Below are positions 12,811 through 25,132 of a stretch of DNA of 64,000 nt, piece by piece. How positions within the stretch are numbered: the first letter of the stretch is position 1; every line of letters begins with the position of its first letter. Below the pieces are notes generated by a model, which was not told the DNA's origin, searched no databases, and was given only the letters and a program-made list of their open reading frames with translations. Source of the DNA: Octopus sinensis. Taxonomy: Eukaryota. The stretch spans positions 49,600,001 to 49,664,000 of the forward strand of contig NC_043013.1 in assembly GCF_006345805.1 (NCBI RefSeq), written 5' to 3'. The position numbers and the translations under genes were made by a program.

Positions 12811-12869
12811 ACTAGCATGGAAGACGGTCATTAAATGATGACGATGATGATGATCGTGATGATGATGAT

Positions 12870-13047
12870 AGTGGTGGTGGTGGTAGTGGTGGTGGTGGTG
12901 GTGGTGGTGGTGGTGGTGGTGGTGTTGGTGGTGTTGGTGGTGGTTGGTGGTGGTGGTGGTGGTGGTGGTGGTGGTGTTGGTGTTGGTGGGTGGTGGTGTT
13001 GGTGGTGGTGGTTGGTAGTGGTGGTGGTGGTGGTGGTGATGGTGGTG
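12870..13047. repeat. (GGT)n microsatellite after a short RTE (GAT)n tail
   Basis: Direct reading; preceded by ctagcatggaagacggtcattaaatgatgacgatg. Confidence 0.95.
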
Positions 13048-13295
13048 GGATTTGTGCTCAAGTGCATTATAGTAAAAACGCTTTGTGCCACATACACTGC
13101 CATACAGGAGCATGTGCCACTTGCTCTAAGATTGTGAACACAAATCATTTTAATGTTTCTGTCAATCCATTGCCTCCAGCGATAGAAATAATAAGTGCAT
13201 CTGAACAGATTTGTAGCTGTATATCTCTTAGCTGTAATAAGCAACTATCAATACACAACAGACTAAGGTGGCAAGCAGACAGAATCATTAGCACA

Positions 13296-13482
13296 GTAGG
13301 CTGAATGCTTAACAGCATTTTGTCTGTCCTTACATTCAAAGTTCAAATTCTGCTGAGGTCAATTTTGTCTTTCATCCTTTCAGGGTCAATAAAATAAGTA
13401 CCAGAGAAACACTGGGGTCAATGTAATTGACTTACTGACCTCCCACAAAATTACTGGCCTTGTGCCAAAATTTGAAACCAAT
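13296..13482 (+). mobile_element. SINE-B, diverged
   Basis: agttcaaattctgctgaggtcaattttgtctttcatcctttcagggtcaat...ggccttgtgccaaaatttgaaacc. Confidence 0.8.
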
Positions 13483-13669
13483 ATATTATAGACTAAGTTC
13501 ACTGAATGCAGATATTTCTTCAGTCATTACTCAATGATTTTGCCCACTCACCATCTTATTCTGTAGTATATTGACAGTTGCTTATTACAGCTAAGAGATA
13601 TGTGGCTGTAATTCTGTTCAAATGCACTTATTATTCCTATCTCTGGAGGCAACAGATTGCTAGAAACAT

Positions 13670-14236
13670 TAGAATGAGTTGTGTCCATATTTTGGTCATA
13701 TTATGCGGAGAAAATCCCTGGAGAAGGACATCATGCTCGGAATGATCAGTGGTAAGAGAAGAAGAGGCCGACCAAGAACCTGCTGGCTTGACACCATCAA
13801 GAGTGATACCGGAATGGACATGGCCAATCTGAAAGAAGCAGCCCAGGATAGAACTGGCTGGAGGACACTGATACCTCGAGTAACCAAGAGTCGACCATCA
13901 AGAGTGATACCAGAATGGACATAACCAATCTGAAAGAAGCAGCCCAGGATAGAACTGGCTGGAGGACACTGATACCTCGAGTAACCGAGAGTCGACCATC
14001 AAAAGTGATACCGGAATGGACATAGCCAATCTGAAAGAAGCAGCCCAGGATAGAACTGGCTGGAGGACACTGATCCATCGAGTAACCGAGAGTCAACCAT
14101 CAAGAGTGATACCGGAATGGACATAGCCAATCTGAAAGAAGCGGCCCATGATAGAACTGGCTGGAGGACACTGGTCCATCGAGTAACCGAGAGTCGACTT
14201 CGACTGAGTGGATAGATAGATAGATAGATAGATAGT
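13670..14236 (+). mobile_element. RTE LINE 3' end with four 101-bp tandem copies and (GATA)n tail
   Basis: YFGHIMRRKSLEKDIMLGMISGKRRRGRPRTCWLD; units start at 13794, 13895, 13996, 14097. Confidence 0.9.
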
Positions 14237-14509
14237 ATCCACAATCTTACAGCAAGTGGTACATGTTCATGTATGGCGGTGTGGCTCTTGATAAAATTAC
14301 TTATTACTAAACCAAGCAACTATTCACTAGCAACAGTTATCAAAACTCTTGCGTTCTGGATATGTGGCATTCTAGAACATAAATGTACATCTCATGATGA
14401 CCTCCATATAGTTACCAGACTTTTCTTTTCAACAGGGAATAGAACTAGAATATCTTCTAATTGTATTTATGTCATTTATTCCAATGAAAATTCTGACTGC
14501 TGCAACTCA

Positions 14510-14531
14510 TCTCTCTCTCTCTCTCTCTTGC

Positions 14532-14630
<99 letters not shown>

Positions 14631-14653
14631 ATGTATATATATATATATGTATG

Positions 14654-14720
<67 letters not shown>

Positions 14721-14750
14721 ATATATATATATGTATATGTATATATATTC
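14510..14750. repeat. Compound (CT)n/(TA)n/(TG)n microsatellite
   Basis: Direct reading. Confidence 0.95.
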
Positions 14751-15775
14751 TCCCTCCTCTCTCTTTAGGAAGCAGACCTGATTCTTTGTTTCTTTGTTTT
14801 CTACCAGCACCACTCCTCTCACACATGCTATCCATTTCATTTTCAACAACATCTCTTATGACAAGCTAGCAAGTTCTGGTACATAACATGAAAACACATA
14901 TAAACAACCAATTATATAACAATTTCAATATCTTTCAAGTTACAAACAAATGAAGAATCACGTACAATTCTCATGAAATTTTAGAAAACTTTAACATTTG
15001 AAAAGTTAATTTCTCTTCCCACCCCCTCTCTACCTCTATCTCTTTATCTATCTATCTACCTATTTCTCTCCTACCCCAGATAAAATTGTTAGGGATAATA
15101 TTCTAAACCAGGACTGCTTTATCTAATCAAAGACATGTATTTGAAACCGTTATAAAAAAAGATCTTGAAAACAATCTTAGAATCTTAAATGTTGAAATCA
15201 GGAAATATGCCACCAGATAAAAGCACTGCAAAAACTACAGAATGCTAATTGGGAAGAGCTTATCACTTTTACATCACTGTATAGAGTACCATCTAGAGAA
15301 ACAGCCATGTTTTTTGTAGCTACAATTAGTATTTACAGTTAATATATTCTCAGTTGAAAAAATGCATGCTTCACCACAACATAATAGGCAACACATTGCA
15401 AGTATTAGTTAAACACATTACAGAAGGCTAAAATGATCAAAGTTTATCCTCATGTGCAGTATCAAATTATCCAAAGGGGTATTCATAAAAGCCAATATAT
15501 AAAGATATTCAGATAACAAGCTAAATTTATTCATTATCTCAAATGGCTTAAGACCCAATCAGCAAGATTTACAGATAATCCACAGAACAGTCACAATATA
15601 TTAAAACTATTTTATTCAAGAATTAAGAATTCTATGATTGTACGAGAAAATAATTTTAGGAGTAGATCCTTGGTGAAATGGCATGTTATGCATGCAGTGA
15701 AAATCCTGAAGCAGAAATAGTTACAGGTATCATTTGATGGAACCAACTTTTCTACTCTGTCTTAAGAAAGTTTAA

Positions 15776-15997
15776 CCCTTTCGTTGCCAACCCGGCCAAA
15801 ACAGGCTCTGGTTCTATAGTTCAAATGTCTTGTTTTCATAAGTTTTGAATTAAAATCTTCCACCAAACCTTAGTCACAGTTTATGTTCCTAACACTAGCT
15901 GAATGATAACTAAGTTATTTTACTAAATTCTTTGTTATATTTAAAATTAATTGAAAGAAACACAGGACATCTCAAAATAAATACGGTAACAAAAGGG
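15776..15997. mobile_element. piggyBac-type MITE (222 bp)
   Basis: TTAA at 15772-75 and 15998-16001; TIR CCCTTTCGTTGCC / GGTAACAAAAGGG. Confidence 0.85.
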
Positions 15998-16245
15998 TTA
16001 AGCTCCAAGAACAACAATGCTAATACTTCTGAAAATATCTGTCAAAATTGGAACCCAAATGAAATAATCCTTACCTAATCAAGAACACTATTATACACTT
16101 CTAAATAGAACCTAAATTATGTATTAATTGAGAGATTGGACCAGTGATGCCAAATGTTCCATGGATGCAACTTTAAGTAATAACGAGTCTTAATGTCTAA
16201 TGTCCGAAATTCTCAATTCAAGCATATTCATATGTCAATACAATA

Positions 16246-16830
16246 TCATCATCATCATCATCATTGTTTAACGTCCGCTTTCCATGCTAGCATGGGTTGG
16301 ACGGTTCAACTGGGGTCTGGGAAGCCAGGAGGCTGCACCAGGCTCCAGTCTGATCTGGCTGTGTTTCTACAGCTGGATGCCCTTCCTAACACTAACCACT
16401 CCATGAGTGTAGTGGATGCTCTTTACGTGCCACCGGCACAAATGCCAGATGAGGCTGGCAAACGACCACGATTGGATGGTGCTTTTTATGTGCCACCAGC
16501 ACGGAGGCCAGACAAGGCTTGCAACGGCCACGATTAGATGGTGCTATTTACGTGCCACTGGCACAGAGGCCAGTCAGGGTGGCACTGGCTACAGCCACAT
16601 TCGGATGGTTCTCTTACGTGCCACCGGCACTGGTATCACAGCTACAAATTCCATTGATGTTGATCTATTTCGATTTTGATTTTGATTTTCACTTGCCTCA
16701 AAGAGTCTTCACAAGTAGAGTTTTGTGTCCCACGAAGGAAAGGTATGCATAAGTGGACTGGCTACATCCCAGGTAGAGGCCACGGGTTATGGCCTCACTT
16801 GTCCTGCCGGGTCTTCTCACGCACAGCATA
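16246..16830 (-). mobile_element. RTE LINE 3' UTR fragment
   Basis: (cat)n tail; four internal repeats of the tgct(t)tttacgtgccaccggcac core. Confidence 0.8.
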
Positions 16831-16907
16831 CTGTATATATATCCAGAACAATTACATCATTCAATGACTTTTATAAGTAACAATAAACAATTTTAAAATA
16901 CACTTAC

Positions 16908-16999
16908 CTGTAACAATAATTAGGTGTACATTAACGAAGAAGAATTCATCTAGTCATTACCAGTGCTCTAATAACTTGTATCCTAAGCATTGTTGCAAA
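16908..16999 (-). other. Candidate spliced exon (92 nt)
   Basis: Minus strand: gttttttttttctattttatttccag acceptor and CAG|gtaagt donor; stops in all frames, but an internal CTG|gtaatg donor would give a 39-nt open exon. Confidence 0.5.
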
Positions 17000-17449
17000 C
17001 TGGAAATAAAATAGAAAAAAAAAACAATATTAAAAAGTTTAAATACATAATTGCAAGCAGAATATTTTGTAAATGCTTTTATTTTCTAAAAATGTGATGA
17101 CACCATAAAACGTTTAAAACATCAAATCATACTATTATAAAATGTGATACATTTTATAAATGAGTGGATATAATCACCACTTTAGAATTAAACTTTAGAA
17201 GTGCAGAGAACTATAAACATGTTAACTGTTTCATCTATTCTAGTACAGATGTTTGCAACTTTCAAGAAAGACAGAATTAATGTTAATGAGTTGAATAAAC
17301 ATTCAGATGCATTGAGAGTGGGTAGAGGTGTTTTCAAATAAGTAGTTGAATCAAGCTTCATAGTATAACTCAGGGTAGAACAGTGCATGAAAATCCAATC
17401 GATTCCGGTAGATAAAACAGTGATTATAAATTGACTATTCAGTCATACT

Positions 17450-17661
17450 CTTTTTTTTTTCTCTTTTTACTTGTTTCAGTCATTTGACTGCGGCCATGCT
17501 GGAGCACCGCCTTTAGTCGACCAAATCGACCCCGAGACTTATTCTTTTTGTAAGCCCAGTACTTATTCTATCGGTCTCTTTTTGCCGAACCGCTAAGTAA
17601 CGGGGACATAAACACACCAGCATCGGTTGTCAAGCAATGCTAGGGAGACAAACACAGACAC

Positions 17662-17692
<31 letters not shown>

Positions 17693-17866
17693 CATATATA
17701 CGACAGACTTCTTTCAGTTTCCGTCAACCAAATCCACTCACAAGGCATTAGTCGGCTCGGGGCTATAGCAGAAGACACTTGGCCAAGATGCCACGCAGTG
17801 GGACTGAACCCGGAACCATGTGGTCGGTTAGCAAGCTACTTACCACACAGCCACTCCTGCGCCTAT
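17450..17866 (-). mobile_element. SINE-A, full length
   Basis: All modules present. Confidence 0.92.
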
Positions 17867-17884
17867 GACAGATAAATAAAATAT

Positions 17885-18360
17885 TTATCTTCTTCAGGCC
17901 TTTGGTGTTTTCTGGGGCCTTAGCCATCATGACTTTCCTCCTCTCGCTCTTGTCCAGGGCCTTCTTCTCCATTTACTCCCAGCTCAATCCAGATTTTTCC
18001 ATATTGTTCTCAAGTCACATTGCCAGAAATTCTTTCATTTTACTTTGTGAATTTTTCGTGTAGGATAGGACTTCCTGGTAACATTATGCTGGGCCTTCTG
18101 AGAGTGTGTTTAATGCAATGCCACTTTGTTGTGCAGAGTATTTTCATCTTCATGTCCACTACAGAGCATTGACTTGCTGACATCTCCTGCTTCCCTTTGT
18201 GGCACCATCACCTCTCACTTAGTTTCATGAAGGCAAGCTTATATCTCTTTTACATGGCAGCGGCTGGTTTTGTTTTTCAGCTTTCATACATGGTTCTGTC
18301 ATTTCTCAAACTGATGGTGGTTTTGCTCCAGGCACCATAAAAATGAATTTAAAAGCAATA
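17885..18360 (-). mobile_element. Decayed RTE-like LINE C-terminal relic
   Basis: EKSGLSWE*MEKKALDKSERRKVM resembles the RTE ORF2 end. Confidence 0.45.
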
Positions 18361-18426
18361 GGATGAGAAATCCTCAGTAGAGAAGTGCTTACATTTTTTG
18401 ACTAAAAATCATCTGAATTGTAAATT

Positions 18427-18577
18427 TCTCTTTTTCTCTTTTACTTGTTTCAGTCATTTGACTGCGGCCATGCTGGAGCACTGCCTTTAATCGAGCAACT
18501 CGACCCCGGGACTTATTCTTTGTAAGCCCAGTACTTATTCTATCGGTCTCTTTTGCTGAACCGCTAAGTGACGGGGA
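18427..18577 (-). mobile_element. SINE-A 3' module only, truncated at the tRNA terminator
   Basis: Match to SINE-A stops at ccgctaagtgacgggga, where other copies continue cataaacacacc. Confidence 0.9.
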
Positions 18578-18582
18578 AAAAA
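18577..18582 (-). terminator. RNA Pol III terminator (T6)
   Basis: TTTTTT on the minus strand, 5 nt after the tRNA 3' end. Confidence 0.85.
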
Positions 18583-18587
18583 TTTAT

Positions 18588-18670
18588 TAGCACGAGTGGG
18601 GTTCGAACCCACGCGGACAAATGTCCATTGGAACTTAAGTCCAACGCCTTAACCACTCGGCCATCGTGCT
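18588..18670 (-). tRNA. tRNA-Leu-TAA: tRNA-Leu (anticodon TAA), 83 nt, intronless
   Basis: AGCACGATGGCCGAGTGGTTAAGGCGTTGGACTTAAGTTCCAATGGACATTTGTCCGCGTGGGTTCGAACCCCACTCGTGCTA: 7-bp acceptor stem, D arm, TTGGA/TCCAA anticodon stem, long variable arm, GTTCGAAC T loop. Confidence 0.97.
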
Positions 18671-19266
18671 GAACACTAAAAATAGCACTAAAAATTCAAA
18701 TTTCCAAACCAAAATTTTCAATGAAAGCCTGAACTTATGCCTGGACAAGTATGACCCTTTTCAATACCCCCACATGCCCACCACCACCCTTTTACATTAT
18801 CAGAAGAATAATTAATCCAAATTAAACAAATGAAATGAAAGAAAATTATTTTCTAATATTCATTATATGCAATACTCTTCAGCATATATTTTGCGGTACT
18901 AGCAATCATCCAGGATTTGACATACTTATAGAATTGGGCCATGCACTTAATATCCGAATAACTTGCTAAAAAAAGCTCGACAAACAATAAAGCAGAAAAC
19001 AATTTTCACAATAGAAAATCTAAACTCATCACCAGTAACAATTCCTGCAAGAATATGAATATAATCTCAGACAATCAGGCAACAAGCAGACAAGTACAAA
19101 TACACTTTATATTTTGGTGGTTGATTATGTTGGAGGGAGAGAAAGACAGAAGTGCACAAATAATACCCAACCATTTTCCTGGAAAATAAAAATCAAACTA
19201 ATATGTTTTTATTAGGCCTGAGATATGGAACCTGCTGCAGTCCCTGGCTTTGACAGTTCCTGTTAA

Positions 19267-19480
19267 CCCTTTCGTTACTGTGTTTATTTTGAGATGCTCT
19301 GTGTTTCTTTCAATTATTTTAAATATAGAAAAGAATTTAGTAAAATAACTTAGTTATCATTAAGCTAGTGTTAGGAACATAAATTGGGACTAAGGTTTGG
19401 TGGTATATTTTGATGCAAAACTTATGAAAACAAGACATTTGTACTACAGAGCCAGAGCCAGCATGGAAAACAGTCGTTAA
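19267..19480. mobile_element. piggyBac-type MITE, inverted copy of the 15776 element with a decayed right end
   Basis: TTAA-CCCTTTCGTTAC start; body is the reverse complement of 15776-15997. Confidence 0.8.
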
Positions 19481-19883
19481 ATGCTGATGGTAGATGATGA
19501 TGTGTTAATATTCTTATTATTTGGAGAAAGCATACAATTGTGAGAAGAAACAAAGAAAAAAAAGGTATGATGATGGATGATGGTGAGAGCAACATAATGC
19601 AAGTGACATTGGTAGTTTGATGTATAAATGTGGATGAGGGTGTACATAAATTCTGTATTAAAGAATGTTATATAATTCAAACACACACACACACACACGT
19701 GCCGATTTAAAATTTTGGCACAAGGCCAAAAATTTCGAGGGAGGGGTCGAGTCAATTACATCGACTCCAGCACTCATCTGGTACTTATTTTATCAATCCC
19801 AACAGGATGAAAGGCTAAGTGGACTTTGGCAGAATTTGAAGTCCCAAACCCTCCCAAACGAGGAGGGTCAATTGTCTTATGGG

Positions 19884-20420
19884 TTAGTTTTTTTTTGTTC
19901 CACTGTAGTTGTTTGAGAGATTTCTGTTGCTGTCACATGTGACGTGATGGCTCTTGAGGGTGGTGTTTCTTTCATTGCTGATGTTCCTACTGTTGGTGTT
20001 GTTGTTTCTGCTGCTGTTGTATCCGTTCTTGCTGTTGTGACAGCACACTGCCACTGGTGCTGTTGCTGTTTTCGTTTTTGTTGTGGTAATAGTGTTGGCA
20101 GCAGTGGGGAGTGGTCTCTCCTCTCCTCTCTTTTGCAGTAGACAGAAGATCTTCAGATGGTTCATGTCACCATGCAAGTGACACATGTCTCTCTGCTCTC
20201 AACCACCATGAACAGTTATTAGCTACCTGGTAGATTGACCTGCTCCAGGCTGCCTTCTATATCCTTTTGATCCACTTGAATCAATAGCTCCTTCCCTTTC
20301 TGCAGCCTCTGGATCTCAAAGAGAACAGCCACTACCAACCAATAGATATTTACTTCTGGGGGCACATCGTCCACATGCAGAGCTTCTACAGAAAGTTTGC
20401 CTCTTAGAAACAGGAAAGAG
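19884..20420 (-). mobile_element. Possible LINE ORF1 (gag-like) relic
   Basis: CHLHGDMNHLKIFC fits a degenerate CX2CX4HX4C zinc knuckle, followed by a T/N/A-rich tract. Confidence 0.35.
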
Positions 20421-21145
20421 TATGAGAAGAATTTCGAGCACTTAAAGGCCTTTTGAATTCATGTGAATATCTAAAGATACAGGTTGTAACTCACTACCCA
20501 CATAAATTCTACCAGGAATAAGACCAATCCTGGGCCAAGATGATAATAACAATAACAACAACAATAATTGTTTCTAAGTTTGGCACAAGGCCAGCAATTT
20601 TGAGGGACAGGGTAAGTACATAACTAACTCCAATACTTGACTGGTACCTATTTTGTCAACCTCCAAAAGATGAAATGCAAAGACGACTTCAATGTGATTT
20701 GAACATGATGAGTTGGAGAAAATACTGCTAGGTTTTTGTCCAATGCCCAAACAGTTCTCTCAATCCACCAGCCATATTTTGGGAAAGACGACAAGTGTCA
20801 ATTATATTGACACCAGTACTATACTGGTATTTATTTTATCAAGTTCCTATCTCACCCTTAGAAAGATGTAAGGCAGAAATTCATTCTAGCAGACAATGGA
20901 AATTGAAAATAAAAAGACATAACTAAACGCTGCAAAGTATTTTCTTTGTTACTCTACCATTTCCAACACTGAATAACGCTTATTCATAACAACAATATCT
21001 TGTATACTAGTAATAACAATGGTGATGATGATATTACTGATATAGACACAAATATAAAAGATTTATGTGACAAGGAAATCAGTTAAGATCTTCACATATT
21101 TGTCAAGAGCATGAGTTCATATCAACACAATAATATGATACAGTG

Positions 21146-21362
21146 AAGGTGGTGAGCTGGAAGAATTGTTAGCACACTGAGCAAAATGCTTAGTGACATT
21201 TCGTGTGTCTTTATGTTCTGAGTTCAAATTCTGCTGAGGTTGACTTTGCCTTTCATCCTTTCAAGATCAATAAAACAATTACCAGTTGAGCACTGGGGTT
21301 GATATAATCATTATACTACCCACCCCACAATTATTAGCCTTGTGCCAAAATTTGAAACCAAT
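21146..21362 (+). mobile_element. SINE-B
   Basis: ggtggtgagctggaagaattgttagc...ttctgagttcaaattctgctgagg...gccttgtgccaaaatttgaaacc. Confidence 0.82.
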
Positions 21363-22342
21363 AATATGATAATACAATACAAACAACTTAATATAGAAAT
21401 GTCCAAAGAAATTGAAGATATCAATCAGATTTTCTCTGAACCTATCAAGGGTATGCCTGTTCAGACTGCTAGATATAGTGAAGATATCATCTCTATATAG
21501 GCCATTGGTGATTTAGAGGAATTTCTACCAAAGAAATCTAAAACAGAGGGTCTATAAGATAACATATGTCAGTATTGTCAAAGGTCCCATTGCCATATCA
21601 AGAGAACCACAAGATTATTCACAGTGGTATTGCATACAGTGTGAGGATGGAGGCTTTTATTGTTAATCTTCCTTAGCAAATATTAGCTCATTAAGCTATC
21701 TCTGATTTAGTGGGGTTTATCAAATAACATTTGTGGTTGATAAAGACATTCTTCCTAATTAAATTCTCTATCCTATCATTGGTGCCTAGAACTACCTCCC
21801 TCCTGTTAGTCTGTGTAATAGTATATTTTAATAGTCATTTATATATTTCATTTTCTACCCTATATTAATGTTTAGTCCTATCAGAGAACAGCAAACTCCA
21901 ATTCAGATTTTTAATCTATGTATAACTGAACCAAGCTTGTGTTGGACAAGGTTAGAGAACTTGCAGAAACTCAGCTTTGGTATCTAGTCTTAGAGGTTTC
22001 ATTCATCAGTTATTTTCCATTGAAATAGGTAAGATATTTGATTCATAAAATCATAAAACATTACCAATTGCACAAGTTTCTATTAAAAATTCCAGCCATC
22101 ATCATCATTTAAGATCTAGCTCCTATGTAGGCATGGGCCAAATGGTTGAACAGAATTCGACAAGTTAAAGGATTGTGTCATGCTCCAATGTCTTCAGTAT
22201 GCTGTTCCCAATGCCAAACACTTTATAGGATGAATTGAGTACTTGTTTTTTGAGGCACCAGCACTAGTGAAGATCACCTTGTAACTTGCAAGGTTAAGGC
22301 CTTAAAGTGGTTCCTATAACTGAAGGAGAATAAAAAAAAAAA

Positions 22343-22760
22343 GAGTGGCTGTGTGGTAAGCAGCTTGCTAACCAACCACATGGTTCCGGGTTCAGTCCCA
22401 CTGCGTGGCATCTTGGGCAAGTGTCTTCTGCTATAGCCTCGGGCCGACCAAAGCCTTGTGAGTGGATTTGGTAGACGGAAACTGAAAGAAGCCTGTCGTG
22501 TATATGTATATATATATATGTATGTATGTGTGTGTATATGTTTGTGCGTCTGTGTTTGTCCCTCTGGTATTGCTTGACAACCGGTGCTGGTGTGTTTACA
22601 TCCCCGTCACTTAGCAGTTCAGCAAAAGAGACCGATAGAATAAGTACTGGGCTTACAAAGAATAAGTCCCGGGGTCGATTTGCTCGACCAAAGGCAGTGC
22701 TCCAGCATGGCCGCAGTCAAATGACTGAAACAAGTAAAAAAGAAAGAAAAAAAGAGTAAA
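22343..22760 (+). mobile_element. SINE-A, full length
   Basis: All modules present. Confidence 0.92.
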
Positions 22761-23149
22761 AAAAAAAACAGAGTGAGCAATAATTCTAGACGGGGAAATG
22801 AAGGAGAGTAAACAGAATGAGACGAACTACAACTCTATTACAAAAATAAGTTGCAATAGGATGGAAGTGAAGAAAGAGAGAAACAGAGCAGCAGAAGAGT
22901 AGTCACTGCAAAAATTAAGGCTTACATTGTCAAGCTTCTCACTAGACAAAATGGTTATAATTACAGTGATGGAAAGCTCATTAATTAAGATGGGTAAAAG
23001 AAATGTAGTAACAAAATACAGGAGCCATGCTTAAATGCTTGTTATATATAAAAAAGACAAAAGTATAATTAGAATAATTATAGGAAACAACACTAGGTCG
23101 AATGAAAGTGAAAATGTACAAAATGAAAAGAAATTAGAATATAGGTGGC

Positions 23150-23450
23150 AGATTACCCGCTGCTGCTGAAGAGGCTGGTAAAACTTTTATGAATGATCTA
23201 GAAACAGAAACAGGCACCCCCAGCTCTGGACACTTCCAAAGGAATTGTCTTCCAAAAGGAGAAAACTCAACAGGACTTGACCAGTTTCTAGAGATCTCTT
23301 TGTTAAATGTCAAAGGAAATATCTTTTGGTCCATCATTGCCAAAGAACTGATAACATGTCTACTACCAATGAGTACATTGACAAAAAGAGTGAGTTCTAG
23401 TATACTCTATTAGCAATCAGTCACATCATAAAGAAGGCAAAGAGAAAAAC
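23150..23450 (+). mobile_element. Non-LTR RT N-terminal relic, possibly NeSL/HERO-like
   Basis: CLPKGENSTGLDQFLEISLLNVKGNIFWSIIAKEL resembles the IPK.ENS...QFR.ISLLNVEGKIF motif. Confidence 0.45.
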
Positions 23451-23696
23451 TACACACTGTCAGTAACATGGTTGTATCACAGCGAAACCTCCTCAAATGT
23501 ACCCCACCAGCTAATCCAAAGTCCACTGGAAGACTATCAAGTACTAGCAAACATAGTCAAACTCAAGTTGTCAAACATGGATTCACTAAAGATGAGGTTG
23601 TAGAAAATTTCACTACCAAATGGCAGTTCATCCTATGATAATGAAAAAGATATTATGGCAGAGTGCACAATATCTGTAACCTTGTTCATGGCAGCC

Positions 23697-23913
23697 AAGG
23701 AGAGGGGCATTCTCCGTCCGGGTTGCAGATCCGTGGAATAAGCTGCCGGACAAGATAGTGAAGATGCCGATGACTGCTCAGTTCAAAGTCTCTCTTGACC
23801 AGAAATGGCCTGAACTCTTTGCATGAACACCCTCCCTGTACATAACTCCATGTCCCCCTACATGGCGTTGCTTTTTGCTTTTTGAGCCAAAAAATTAACT
23901 TAACTTAACTTAA
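23697..23913 (+). mobile_element. CR1-clade LINE 3' end with (AACTT)n tail
   Basis: Reverse complement of about 5428-5645. Confidence 0.85.
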
Positions 23914-24777
23914 CAAGAGGTGGGATGAAAGCAATCTAGAGGACCAGAAACTGATGACAATACAAAGTAATCAGTCTGCAGGGTTTTCATGGGTAAAATT
24001 ATGGCTGTGATCTCATCAAATCCAGGGAAATTTCACCCAAATGAAAGTATGTAGGAAAGAGCATAAAACCATTCTGAAAGTGAATATTGAACTGAAAAAA
24101 CATTTAAAAGTTGTTAATGAAAATTAATAATTTTCAGAAAACTTTTAGAATTACAAAGGAAAATAAATTGGAAGCTGTGATTGGAAACATAATTTCTGCA
24201 GAAGTCTGACAATCAAAATTTAGAGAAAGAAAAAAATAGGCTGAAAATAAGACCTGTATAGATTCTATTGCAGCATCTCAGATCTAAAATAATTCAACAA
24301 ATTACACAGACAACTAAAACTCCTATCAATTATTAATTATTATCTAAAGTGAAAGTGAAAGTAATGCAAATAAACCCTCGTTTTTAATATTCACTTTTCC
24401 ATGCCTTCATGGCTTTGACAGAATGTGTTGAAACATGTTCTATGGCCAGATGTCCTTCCTGTCACCAACCCTCACCTGTTTCCAAACAAGGTCATAATTC
24501 TCCATGGCCAGACACATTTTTCACAAAAGACTAGAAACAAACAGCATTAACTTTTATGAGTGTAATACTTGTTTACAGCCATCACAAACACATTCGTTCA
24601 ATGAACTTCTTTCAGTTCCTGTCTACAAAATCCACTCAAAAGTTTTGGTCAGCCTGGCACTATAGAAGACACTTGCCAAAGGTGCTCCTCAATAGAACTG
24701 AACTCAGAACCACATGTTTAGAAAGCAAGCTTCTTAATGACTCAGATACCACTTTTTCAAAATATTTTAATTAATCA

Positions 24778-25132
24778 CTAGCACTATGACCCGGCAACGC
24801 CGGGTCATAGTGCTAGTGCATGCATATACAGCTGCGTGCATGCGCACATACACGCGAGTACTGTCCAAATCTCTGACCAATCACATACAACTAGCTGGCA
24901 TTCAATTGGCGTATCAAGTTTCGGGCATTTTGATTGGGTTTTGGATAGAAAATTCATAAAAAAGTCACTTCTATTGATTTTTTAATGGCTTTGCAGGGTG
25001 ACTGGGGAAATGTAAAGATGTGCACGACCACCCTTGGACGTTTTGAATGACCATAGAAAGTGCGAGCTCTCTAACTGAAAAATTGTGGATTTGTATAAAG
25101 GACACGCATTTTGCCATTTATATAGAGAGAGA
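24778..25132 (-). mobile_element. Non-autonomous Helitron
   Basis: 5' TCTCTCTCTATATAAA, 3' GC hairpin then CTAG, inserted between A and T, no TSD. Confidence 0.8.

Noticed and set aside
12700-13304. Poly-His, poly-Thr, poly-Val and poly-Pro ORFs
   Set aside because: Translations of the (GGT)n tract.
13794-14197. CRISPR-like regular array
   Set aside because: Units are whole tandem duplicates with no unique spacers, in a eukaryotic LINE context.
16908-16999. Selenocysteine read-through of the TGA in the exon candidate
   Set aside because: A TAA follows five codons later in the same frame.
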